Below are positions 51,701-63,820 of a stretch of 64,000 nt of DNA, one piece after another. The notes under the pieces are model-generated. The model was not told the origin of the DNA. It saw nothing but the letters and a program-made list of their open reading frames with translations, and searched no databases. The position numbers and the translations under genes were made by a program. Numbering within the stretch: position 1 is the first letter of the stretch; every line of letters begins with the position of its first letter. This stretch comes from Azolla caroliniana (Eukaryota; Plantae; Polypodiophyta), in the NCBI GenBank assembly GCA_043228905.1, contig JBHGNT010000004.1:5022001-5086000 (forward strand), written 5' to 3'.

Positions 51701-54700
51701 AGCAGTCGCAATTCGTTGGGAAACGCAAGACACCCAACGAATTCATGGATCGCGATTATAAGCGACAACATCCTTTTTGCGTATTCTGCAAAAAGAAGGG
51801 TCATACAAAAGAGCAATGTCGTAAGCTCCAACGAAAAGAGCACGACGCCAAACCTAAAGCTACAGACCATAAAGGTCAGATTCCTAATGTCCTTCAGGTC
51901 TATACACATCATTTGAGTAATTGTCAATGTTCTTTCCATCATTATGTATTAGGTCCCAATGATTTACTACGTGCAAACGGGTATATCAATGGATCTCCCG
52001 TACAATTTTTATTTGATTCGGGAAGCTCACACAATTTTGTGAATGATCGTTTGGTACAGATATGGGGAATCCAACCCACCGTAAGTGATCACACCTACAC
52101 GGTGCACTTGGCTGATGGAAGAGTACAACACATCAACGGGGCGATTCATTCTTTAGGAATTTCTATTGATACCTATATAGAGGAAGTAGACTTCCATGTA
52201 ATGAATCTTAGTACCATCGATGTAATACTGGGTTATCCCTGGTTTTATAATAAAAGCTCTTCTTTATTTATTGATTGGGTTCGCCATTCCATTTCTTTTG
52301 TACTCAACGATTGTACGCATTTTATTCAATGTGTAACAAAACAATCCTTCTCGATTGTTTCCTCGTGTCCATCAATATCCGAGTTGTCTTGTTCTACGTT
52401 ATTTTATTGTGTACTTGATCCGGACATTCACGTTTACAATATCGATAATGTCTCAGGTCAATTAACATATTTTGAACAAAAACAACTTGATGAAATCGTA
52501 AACGATTTTCGTGATGTTTTTCCGAGTGAACTACCCGATGGTTTACCTCCTAAACGTAATATAGACCATCGTATAGATATTGTACCTGGCGTTGCACCCA
52601 TTAGTATACCTCCGTATCGCCTAAGTCGATCTGAAGAGGATGAGGTAGCTAAGCAACTTAAGGACTATTTACGAATGGGTTATATACGTTATAGTAAATC
52701 TCCATGGGGTGCACCAGTTCTCTTGGTTAAAAAGAAAGAGGGCACATGGCGTATGTGTATTAATTACCGACGCCTGAATAAAGTGACGATCAAGAATTCG
52801 TACCCATTGCCCCGGGCTGACGATCTAATTGACCGTCTCCAGGGAGCTCGGTATTTTACGAAACTTGATCTCCGTACTGGCTACCATCAAATACGAATAA
52901 GTGAGGACGATGTTCCTAAAACAGCATTTCGTACGCGCTACGGCCATTATGAGTTTTTGGTTATGCCTTTTGGTTTGACCAATGCTCCGGCTACATTTCA
53001 ACAAGAAATGAATGACATTTTCCGAGAACAACTTGGAAAATTTGTCGTTATCTTCTTAGATGATATTTTAGTTTATAGCCGTACATTACAAGAACATGCT
53101 AGACATGTCCGCTTTGTTTTACAAATATTGCGTGACAAACAATTTTACGCGAAGATCTCAAAATGTGAGTTCTTCAAGAAATCAATTACTTATCTTGGAC
53201 ATCTCATAACCGAACGAGGAGTTGAAATTGATCCTTCTCGCATCGAGAAAATCAAGCTTTGGCCCACTCTTCGGAATATTCGAGAAGTTCGATCATTCCT
53301 TGGTTTTGTCGGATTTTTGCGAAAATCTCTTCGTAATTACTCACAATTGACGACGCCGTTTACTGATCTTCTAAAAGGTCAAACGCGTAAGTCTACAAAA
53401 CCTATTGTGTGGAATGCTACACTAGACCTCGCCTTTAAGGAACTCAAGGACTTGGTATGCAAGGCTCCTTCACTTCTTTTACCCGATCCTTCAAAACCTT
53501 TTGAGGTTGAAACCGACGCAAGCGATTATGCTATAGGTGCTGTCTTGTATCAAGATGGTAAACCAATAGCATTCGAGAGTAAGAAACTTGATTCTGCTCA
53601 ATGTCGGTATACCGTTCAAGAAAAGGAATTATTTGCGGTTATACATGCGCTCAAAACATGGCGCCATTATCTTTATGGAAATCGCTTTGTGGTAACTACG
53701 GACCACGAGTCCTTGAAATATTTTTGTGACCAACAAGACCTGAAAGGTCGTAAGGCACGATGGGCTGATCTCATCCAGGACTTTGATTTTTCCATACGAT
53801 ATCGTAAAGGTTCCATGAATACTGTCGCTGATGCACTAAGTCGCATCCGTGAAGTTAACATGCTTAGCTTCACTGAAATAACATCAGATCTTTATGATCA
53901 CCTTCGAGGAAAGTATCCTGATGACAATTATTTTGCAAAATACTGGGCAAGAGTCGAGTCTGGAACAGACACCACCACACCCTCGAAGGAATACTTCCAC
54001 ATTGCTAACGGTCTGCTCTACCGTAATGGGAAGGTTTGTGTTCCAGATTTACCTGAGGTCAAAAAGAGAATTCTTTTTGAATGCCATGATGCACCCTCAG
54101 CAGGGCACCCTGGAATACATCGTACACTCGTTCTCATCTCCACTCAATTTTATTGGCCTAAGATGCGTCCTGACATACATAGCTATGTGACTAAATGTCA
54201 CCAATGTCAGGTTAACAAAGCCGAGCGACTTAAAGCCGCAGGACTTTTACATCCCTTGGACATTCCCAATAATAAGTGGGAAAGTATATCCATGGATTTT
54301 ATTGTTAGCCTTCCTCGCACCCAAAAAGGTCATGATGCCATATGGGTTGTGGTTGACAGACTAACTAAAATGGCCAGATTTATTGCTACTAAAACCACGG
54401 TAACAGCTCCTGAATTGGCTTACCAATTCGTTGATGAGTTATTTCGTTTTTACGGGTTACCGATGGATATCGTGAGTGACCGAGATCCGAAGTTTACTAG
54501 TGACTTCTGGACGCAAGTCTTTAAGAAGTTAGAAACTACGTTGAGCATGAGCTCCACGGATCATCCTCAATCCGATGGACAGACAGAACGAGTAAATCAA
54601 ATTATTGAGGACATGCTTCGAGCATACGTTGGTGCAAAACCAACAAAATGGGAACGTTACCTCCCAATTTTGGAGTTTGCTTATAACAGCTCCAAGCATA

Positions 54701-55940
54701 CGTCGACGGGATATAGTCCTTTTATGTTGATGTATGGATTTCAGCCACGAGCCCCGATTGATGTTAATATACATCATGATGAGTTGCGACGTACGCAAAA
54801 CTTTCTTCGGGATATGCAAGATATGTTGCATATTGCACGGGATAATATAAAAACAGCTCAAGATAGAGCGCGTTTTTATGCCGATCATCACAGGCAAGCT
54901 CGTGTATTCAGCCCTGGACAGAAGGTATTTTTACGTGTACCTCACAATTCTAAGACATTGTCTACGGCTAAGTGCGCTAAGTTAGCCCCACGGTTTTGTG
55001 GACCTTTTACAGTCCTCAAACGCATTGGATCATCAGCCTATCGTCTCGCTCTTCCCGATGGTGTTGGAATCCATCCAGTCTTTCATGTAAGTCGTCTAAA
55101 AGAACTTCTAGGTTCTGGCGACAATACAGTTACAACTGAAACTCTGGTTACTTCTGAAGATTTATCTTCTAAACCACATGTACCAGAAAGAATTCTCGAT
55201 GTTAAAACAAAAAAATTACGTGCTAAGGAAATCCGAGAATTTAAAATAAAATGGATGGATAAATCAATCAAAGATGCCACATGGGAACGCGAAACGACTC
55301 TAACAACTAACTTCCCTAACTTTCCATTGCAAGAGTGCAATGTTTTAAAGAGGGGGAGTATGTTACGGGCATGACCATATAATATCCCGTGGTGAGAATT
55401 GTCGTAGTATTCTATACACGTGGATAAGTGTGAGGGTTAAACAAAGAGTCTAAAGAAGGGGAGGATTACTTTTAATCCTCGGGATTGAGACAACCCATGA
55501 GGCCAAGTGTGAACATGGTTGGGGGCCTTGAGAATTACTATAAATAAGAGGCCTAGCTACCCTCATTTGGGGCATGCATTGACTACGTCGAGACTCTGTC
55601 CGTGAGTGGAACGACTCTTGTAGCAAGCGCGCTATCGTCCAGGTACGACTCGACGCCAAGGCGGTGGTATGGGACGCCGATCGAGGCTCGAGTCCGTCTC
55701 GATCCCTTCGCTCGGGGGTGGTCGGGTGGATCGGCACCCTTCTTTCTCTCTTTTCTCTCTATTCTTTCTAGATCTATCATTGATATATCCTTATTTTATG
55801 CTTACTTTAGTACCTAATCTCTAATATTAAAGTAATCCTCCCCTTCTTTAGACTCTTTGTTTAACCCTCACACTTATCCACGTGTATAGAATACTACGAC
55901 AATTCTCACCACGGGATATTATATGGTCATGCCCGTAACA
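48777..55940 (+). mobile_element. Young full-length Ty3/gypsy chromovirus 'Z' with an extra 112-bp inverted terminal cap
   Basis: LTRs 48777-49242 and 55361-55826 (466 bp, two substitutions noticed). tRNA-iMet PBS TGGTATCGGAGCC at 49245-49257. PPT AAGAGGGGGAGTA before 55361. Inverted LTR start at 55829-55940. TSD CAACC at 48772-48776 and 55941-55945. Confidence 0.95.
50941..55374 (+). CDS. Gag-Pol polyprotein of Z (gag, zinc knuckle, PR, RT, RNase H, IN, chromodomain) with one in-frame TGA at 51421
   Basis: [14 protein letters not shown]; [10 protein letters not shown]; [10 protein letters not shown]; [12 protein letters not shown]; FLDDIL; [10 protein letters not shown]; H-H-C-C integrase zinc finger; SDRDPKF; GPF; PERILD...IKW...ATWE. 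ORFs 50851 and 51445 are in the same frame. Confidence 0.93.
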
Positions 55941-56984
55941 CAACCGAACGAGACAGAGAAAGAGAGGGAGAAAGAGAGGGAGTGCGCGCTTGACACCGAC
56001 TCACACACACACACACGCCACGCCGACCCAACTCACACCCTTATGTACAGGAAACGCAGGGAAGCGAAAGCACCCAACACCACCAGAGACACGAATATAC
56101 ACAAACAAACGCAAATGTATATATTACAAGGGAAAGAATACATCCTCGGCTTCGAGCCGGACCAAGGTAGGGTAGGTTACAACAGCCGTCTGCTGCCAAG
56201 CCGCCGATCGGGGAGCTCACGGGCCTGTCGTGTCGAGCGGGGTCTTGCATAGGAGACCGGGCAGAAGTAGACCTACAACAGGGAGAGATACAACCCTGGT
56301 CGCAAGCCGAGTACGCTCAGAAGAAGAGGAGTTTACCTAACAACTTTTCCCCGCCATAGCTGCCACCCGAGTACTCGAGAAGGAGAAGAAGAAGAAGAAA
56401 GAAAGAAGAAGAAGAGACTAACCCTAAACTAACGGTATACCCTCTAACACAAAATGGGCAACCCCTTCACAAAGGGCGCTCCCTTCCTTTTATAGAACAA
56501 GGAGAGGGATGCGTTACAATGTGGGATAAATCCCAACTTACATGGGATTCTTTGTCCCGACTTGACTCCTACTATTCACACGTTTATACAAGGGTGAGTG
56601 CACATGGTGCACACCGCCGATTCTCTCGATATCCTCCGATTCCACCTAGGGACGTGACGGGAACTAAAACGTTCCTTATGCGTAATGCTCGGCCACAACC
56701 GAGCTTAGAATCATACACAGAAAACGGGAAATAGATGCACGACACAGTGAAGAGAAGAGCACACAGGATGTTTATGTGGAAAAACCCAAACTAGGGAAAA
56801 AACCACGACAGCCCACAGGTTACGCGCTCTCTCTCTTCTTGCACCAACAAGAATAACAACGACATCTAAAAGTTTGCCCTTAGTCATATTTATACTAATA
56901 TGACTTTTCGGCTATTTACAAATATAGCCATGATTGACTCTCAGAAACATATTTACGAATATGTCTCTTCATCCGGTGAGCACT

Positions 56985-57140
56985 CCTCACCGGGTCTGCA
57001 CCATCCGGCTCTCCGTAGCCGGGTACTCCTCATCCGGTTCTCACCGGGTCTGCACCATCGAACTCTCCGTAGCCGGGTACTCCTCATCCGATTCTCACCG
57101 GGTCTGCACCATCCGGCTCTCCGTAGCCGGGTACTCATCA
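56985..57140. repeat. ~54-bp tandem repeat inside the W LTRs (3 copies here, ~4.5 at 61775-62012)
   Basis: Unit CTCACCGGGTCTGCACCATCCGGCTCTCCGTAGCCGGGTACTCCTCATCCGGTT. Confidence 0.9.
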
Positions 57141-57229
57141 TACAGTTTCGGCCTCGGCCGAGTTTGTTCATCAGCACTATTCTTCTCCCTTCCCATCCGG
57201 AGGGACCTGTCTCCCAACAAACTCCCCCT

Positions 57230-60200
57230 TCACTCCGGCATGGGGTGTCTTACTAGTCCGATCCTCTTCTGACATGCATCCAACTTGTCGGGAATCAACA
57301 CTTTGGTCAGCATATCTGACCCGTTCTCGGTCGTGTGGATCTTCGTCAGTGCGAACTCCTGGTCATCTACTCTTTCCCGGATCCAGTGATATCTTCGCTG
57401 GATATGCTTCGTCTGGGAATGATAGGCCGCATTCTTAGCAAGATGGATGGCACTTTGACTGTCGCAATAGAGCCGGTATTCATCTTGCTGGATACCGAGC
57501 TCTCCGATGAAGTCCTTCATCCATAAGATTTCCTTGTCGGCTTCCACATCCGCCATGTACTCCGCCTCCGTGGTTGACAATGCAACTGTCTTTTGCAGCC
57601 TCGACTGCCACGAAACAGCTCCCCCTGCATATGTCATTACATACCCGGATGTAGACCGGCTAGTATCCACATCAGCCGACATGTCCGAATCGGTGAAACC
57701 GTCAAGTTGAGGTTTTCCGGAGTCGAATCGGAGACACATATTTGAAGTACCCTTCAAATACCGGAGTATCCATTTGACCGCATTCCAGTGCTCCTTGCCG
57801 GGATTGCTCATGAACCGGCTCACCACTCCAACTGCGTATCCTATATCCGGTCGGGTACACACCATTGCGTACATTAAGCTCCCGAGGGCAGAGGCATATG
57901 GAATCTTCATCATATCCGCCTTCTCTGCTTTCGTCTTCGGGCTTTGCTTACCGGATAACCTGCAGTTTGCCGGAAGTGTCGATCCGACCGGTTTCGCATC
58001 TGACATGTTGAACCGGTGAAGCACCTTTGTCACGTACTTCTCTTGTGACAACCATAATTGCTTCACTGACTGGTTCCGGATAATATGCATCCCCAACATC
58101 TATCTTGCCGGACCCAAGTCTTTCTTTGAGAAGGTCCGGTTGAGGGCCTTCTACAGCATCCGTATTTTGACTTGGTCCCGTCCGACGATCAACATGTCAT
58201 CCACGTACAGAAGGAGTATCAGGAAGTCGCCTCCTTCAAACTTCTTCACAAACAAACAGTGATCGGCCTGCGTCTTGTGGTACCCTTGATCGGCCATGAA
58301 GGAGTCGAACTTCCGGTACCATTGTCGGGGAGCCTGCTTCTGTCCGTACAGGCTCTTCTTCAATTGGCATACCAGGTTCTCCTTCCCTTTCTCCACAAAT
58401 CCCTCCGGTTGTTGCATGTAGATCTCCTCTTCGAGGTCGCCGTGAAGGAATGTCGTCTTCACGTCCAACTGTTCTACCTCGAGGTCCATGCTTGCCGCTA
58501 TACTCAGCACCGTCCGGATGGAGGTCATCTTTACTACCGGGGCAAATATCTGGTCAAAGTCCATGCCCTTTTTCTGCTGGAACCCCTTCACCACGATCCT
58601 GGCTTTGTATCTCGGGGGGTTGCCGGCATCTCCCGGTTTCAACTTGTACACCCACTTGTTTCGGAGTGCCCGCTTTCCTTTCGGCAACTCCACCAATTCG
58701 TACGTATGGTTCTTTTGTAGGGAATCCATCTCATCCTGCATGGCACTTAACCATTTGCGGTTGTGGGTGTCATCCTTCGCTTCTTCGAAGCTTTCCGGCT
58801 CCCCCTCATCGGTCAGCAGAACATGCTTTGCATCCGGAAATCTCCGGGGTGCCCTTCTCTCTCTGAGAGGATATCTCCGTCTTCGGGCTTCGGTAACCGG
58901 CTCCTCCATTTGCTCTTCATCCGAATCTGATTCGGGGTCTTGGCCGGTTCCGGTTTCAGCTTCGTCTACTTCTTCTTCAGCCTGTTCGGTATCCTCACCG
59001 TAACCGGCTAGTCCCTCGAGTGTTAACCGGTCTCTTGCCGGTTGGGTCTGCTCATCGTAGAGTCGATCCTTACCGGTCGACTCAGAGTTCATTATCTTCT
59101 TCTCCGACTGCCAATCGGCGAGCGTCTTGTCCTCCATGAAGATAATATCTCGACTCCGGAATACCTTCTTGTCGACCAGGTCCCACACTCGGTAGCCAAA
59201 CTCATCGTCACCGTAACCGAGGAATATGCATGGCCGGGTCTTTGGGTCTAACTTTCCTCTCCAATCCTTAGCTACATGCATGTACGCGAGACACCCGAAC
59301 ACCTTAAGATGCCGGTAGGATACTTCCTTACCGGTCCACACTCTCTTTGGCGTGTCTCCGTCCAAGGGTACTGAGGGTGATCTATTTATCACATATGTCG
59401 CCGTCGACAATGCCTCAGCCCAAAACTTCTTGGGTAGTTTTGCATGCACTAGCATACTTCGGACCCTCTCCATTATGGTCCGGTTCATCCTCTCGGCTAG
59501 TCCGTTTAGTTCCGGCGTCTTCGGCACGGTAAATTCGAGCCAGATTCCCTTCGAGTGGCAATGCTCCTCGAACTGCCCCCGGTATTCTCCTCCGTTATCT
59601 GCTCGAACCGCCTTCAGCTTCCGGCCGATTTCTCTTTCCACTCTCGCGTGGAGCTCTTTGAAGACGGATAGCACCTGATCCTTCTTCTTCAATGGTGTGG
59701 CCCACAGCTTCCGGTTGTGGTCATCTATGAACGACACAAAGTACTGCGCTCCGGCATGTGACTTTGTGTCTACTTGACACACATCCGTATGCACCAACTC
59801 CAGTGGTGCATTACGTCTCATCGGTGGCCTTGGTCGGAAGGAGGTCCGGTTTTGCTTACCGGCCATACAATCAGTGCACTTCTCCAAGTGCACGTTCTTC
59901 ACTGGAATGAGGTTGTCGTCTGCAAGCCTCTTCATCCCCTTCTCGCTCATATGACACAGCCTCTTGTGCCACAGCTCACCAGCAGTGTCGAATGCCACGT
60001 TCACTTCTTTCGGACATAACCAGGCATTCATCAGGTACAGTGTGTTGACCTTCCGGGCCCGAGCCACAATCAGGCTCCCTTTGCTGAACTTCATGACACC
60101 GTTCTAGATGCTACCCGTGTAGCCTTCATCATCTAGCCGACCGGCTGATATCAGGTTCAGACGAACTTTCGGAACGTGTCGAACATGCTTCAGCAGCATC

Positions 60201-61276
60201 TTGCAACCGGTTGGTGTTGTCAACCATATGTCTCCTATGCTGACAATTCGGCGTGTTCCTTCATTCCCCATCCGGACACAACCGTGATCACCGGCTGAGT
60301 AGGATGAGAAGCATTTCCGGTCCGGGGTAAGGTGGAACGATGCTCCGGAGTCTACCACCCAGGTCATCTCGTCGCCGACAAGGTTTATCTCACTCTCCTC
60401 GGTGATGAGCATCAACTCTTCTTCACTTGCCGTGATTGCCGTCGTTCCCTTCCGGTCCAGCCCCCTCCGGTCTTTACCGTTCCGGTCCGGGGTCCGCTTC
60501 AAATCGGTACCGTCAGTTTCCTTGTCTTTTCGGAAATGCCGACAATTCTTTTGAAAGTGTCCCGACTTGCCACAATAGAAGCAAGTAGGCCTCCCCCTTG
60601 ACTTTGACCGTGTCCCCGACTTCTCCCGGTTCTGGGGACTACGGTTTCTATGTCTTCCGCGTTCCGATTCGGTAAGGAGAGCTTTGGAGTCGGAACTCGT
60701 ATCTTTATCTTTCCGACGCGCCTCCTCACCTAGCAAGCTCGACTTTACTCTTGCTAGGGATAACCGTTTCCCTTCCGGCCCAGCGTTGCCCAAAGTGACA
60801 ACCAACGTCTCCCAGCTATCCGGGAGGGAACCGAGCAGGAGTAGCGCTAGTACCCCGTCGGCGAGAGGTACTTCCAATGTTGTTGCCTAGTGTATCAGCC
60901 CCTGGAAGGCATTCATGTGCTCCGCCATGCTGGAGCCATCTTGGTACCGGAGTCTTACTAGCTTTCGGAATACCGAAACATGATTAACAACATTTTTGTT
61001 TTGAAACATCATGCCGATCTTCTCCCAGAGCTCATGAGCCTTGCTCTCTTCATTGAAGTTGTTGTACAGGCTCATGTCGATGAAGCACCGTATGTACGCC
61101 GTTGTCTTCATGTGCATCACCTCCCATATCGCGGCGTCGATTTTGTCCGGTCTCTTGTCCCCGAACTGAACCGGCAGCTAGAGGTCTTTAACCACAAGCA
61201 TGTCCCTCATCTTCGACTTCCACACCGAATAGTTGGAGCCGGTGAGCTTGAACATGCCTCCCAACGAATCGTCCAT
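57230..61276 (-). pseudogene. Copia gag-PR-IN-RT-RH polyprotein of W, one frame with five in-frame TAG stops
   Basis: MFKLTGSNYSVWKSKM; CFYCGKSGHFQKNC; WVVDSGAS; LWHKRLCHMSEKG; RADNGGEY; QLDVKTTFLHG; LLYVDDML; ALSTTEAEY. Stops at ~61178, 60887, 60104, 58151 and 58100, with no frameshift. Confidence 0.92.
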
Positions 61277-62439
61277 TTTCTGTGTCGTTTCGCTCTGATA
61301 CCACTTGACGGGAACTAAAACGCTCCTTATGCGCAACGCTCGGCCACAACCGAGCTTAGAATCATACACAGAAAATAGGAAATAGATGCACGACACAGTG
61401 AAGAGAAGAGCACACAGGATGTTTACGTGGAAAAACCCAAACTAGGGAAAAAACCACGGCAGCCCACAGGCTGCAAACTATCACTATGTTAGAATGTACA
61501 ACAGTGAGTTCATGGAGGCAACGACCTCGTGCTCACGATCTTTGCCACAGGCGGCGGTTTCAACAGAGGCAACGACCTCGTTCTGTCTCTGTCTCTGTCT
61601 GTCTCTGTACATGGTTACACGCTCTCTCTCTTCTTGCACCAACAAGAATAACAACATCTAAAAGTTTGCCCTAAGTCATATTTATACTAATATGACTTTT
61701 CGGCTATTTACAAATATAGCCATGATGGACTCTCATAAACATATTTACAAATATGTCTCTTCATCCGGTGAGCACTCCTCGCCGGGTCTGCACCATCCGG
61801 CTCTCCGTAGCCGGGTACTCCTCATCCGGTTCTCACCGGGTCTGCACCATCGAGCTCTCCGTAGCTGGGTACTCCTCATCCGGTTCTCACTGGTTCTGCA
61901 CCATCTGGCTCTCTGTAGTTGGGTACTCCTCATCTGGTTCTCCGTAGCCGGGTACTCCTCATCCGGTTCTCACCGGGTCTGCACCATTCGGCTCTCCGTA
62001 GCCGGGTACTCGTCATACAGTTTCGGCCTCGGCCGAGTTTGTTTATCAGCACTGTTCTTCTCCCTTCCCATCCGGAGGGACCTGTCTCCCAATAGGACGG
62101 TTTTCTCCACGACAACGTGTTAGCTCAAAGCACAAAGCAAAGAAGTCATCGTTTCAGCCTTCAAAATCAACATTAATCACTAGTCAATCATCATGAACAA
62201 GGGCAAAAAAGTCACTAGGTATGTCTCAATAAAAAGATTCCAAAAGATGCTTAAAAGATTCTTTCATAATTTTCTTGTTTAAGCAATATTGTGTCTAATG
62301 TCATTTTGAAAGTTTAGAAAAGAAAAACAATTTTTGTCAAACATATTAAACAATCGCAAAGAGCACTGCATCAAGTTCTCTTGCTCTTCACAGGGAACTT
62401 GTTGCACTGCATTGAGTTCTCTGTGAAAAGCAGCGAAAG

Positions 62440-62869
62440 ATTATGTGAGTAGTTAATCACGTATGTGATTAAGCAGCAGAAGATTATGTGATATGTGTGT
62501 GAGAGAAAGAGAAAGAGGAAGTTACAGTTATGTAATATGAACAATAAGACAAATGGGGGATGCTTAACAAGAGTGTAGCTAGATAACCTTTCTCTATATT
62601 AATAAACATTAAAATACAAAAATACCTACAATTAGGTATTATAGATCTCATGTGCAAGGGTGCACATGTGTGAGGATAATATAGGTACAAAGATGTAAGT
62701 CCTATATTAAATGTACTTGGGAGTGGAGGATTTCGAATGTATCTCACTTAAGTACAAGGTTCTATTTAAGGCTTTAAGGTCAATACACTAACTAGATTCT
62801 ATTTATGTAAGCTGTAACTACTAAGTTACATTGACGAGACTAAACCTAGTCGGGCTTGATATCTCAACA
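62440..62869 (-). mobile_element. Second copy of the outer copia LTR (homologous to 33736-34154)
   Basis: ATTATGTGAGTAGTTAATCACGTATG...TTGATATCTCAACA is shared with 33736-34154 and is visibly diverged. No adjacent PBS. Confidence 0.8.
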
Positions 62870-63771
62870 GATATCTATCAGCTATGTGTGATGGATATTT
62901 GTGGCATATGGTCATATTCAACTATGAAACACTAGGTGGGGGAGAAGTTTCTTGGTAACTCAACCACTCTCTCTTAATGAACATTGATAGGCTCTTCACG
63001 TGTTCAACTCTTGGTTGTCTCGTGACATGGTGCCCTCTCATTAATTGAATGGAAGCCATCATCTAGTAGAGAACATTGTAATTCTTTGCAAAAAGAATTA
63101 CTTGTGTCTTCTCGGTTATTATGTTGGTATGGAAATGAGAGATTGCGCTCTCAATTTAATCGATTGTTTGTTTCGGGGGTCAAAGAGGTGAGAGATAATG
63201 GAGGCTCGACCTCAAAGAAATTCGGAGTTTGTTGATGAGCGACAATTATTAAGCATCCCGCCCAATTATGGGTTTACCTGGCAACAACTGCAAAATATGA
63301 TGTTGATGCAAGGTTCTTTACCTTTGCCAACTGAAAAGCAATTGTGGGGTTGATTGGGGTTTACAAGGTTGAATTACGTTTTTACAAGCGACTAGTAATT
63401 TCTTATATTATTCCATTGTTGAGTCTCATTGATGACTATTTCGTAAATACATAACTTTGATTATGGACGATGATAAATCTCAAACTATAGTTGACATTCT
63501 AAATTGTCACTCGTAGATAATGTCTTCATTTGGAGAGTTTTGATTGGGGGGTTGCTCTAAAGCGACGTGGTATAGCAAGGGGCAATGATCTCTTTTGCAT
63601 TGTTTGAGCGGAAGATAGTATACATCGTTTATTGTTTAGGTCACACAAAACAACCCCTCGATCATTCAAGCGCTCGCTCGAACACAAAACCTTTGATGGA
63701 CGAATCATCATCCTCTCCACATTTTGGTGGCTCCTAGATCCTAATGACCCTATAGCTCTCCTAGTTCCTTC

Positions 63772-63772
<1 letters not shown>

Positions 63773-63814
<42 letters not shown>
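63773..63814. repeat. (TA)n microsatellite
   Basis: Directly visible. Confidence 0.95.

Positions 63815-63820
<6 letters not shown>

Larger units (their letters stand above)
56655..62094 (-). mobile_element. Full-length Ty1/copia (Tnt1/Tork-like) retrotransposon 'W'
   Basis: LTRs 56655-57219 and 61306-62094. iMet PBS (TGGTATCAGAGC on minus) at 61292-61303. PPT at 57220-57231. TSD GGACG at 56650-56654 and 62095-62099. Confidence 0.95.
43906..62114 (-). mobile_element. Non-autonomous gag-only LTR retrotransposon 'Y2' (same family as Y1), 5' LTR split by two later insertions
   Basis: 3' LTR 43906-44720 and PPT 44721-44731. tRNA-Trp PBS at 48648-48665 (1 mismatch). The 5' LTR is in pieces: 48670-48776, 55941-56654 and 62095-62114. 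4-bp TSD ACGT at 43902-43905 and 62115-62118. Confidence 0.88.

Noticed and set aside
48777-55940. DNA transposon or DIRS element because of the terminal inverted repeats
   Set aside because: It encodes a DDE integrase with chromodomain and has direct LTRs, PBS, PPT and a 5-bp TSD. No transposase or tyrosine recombinase.
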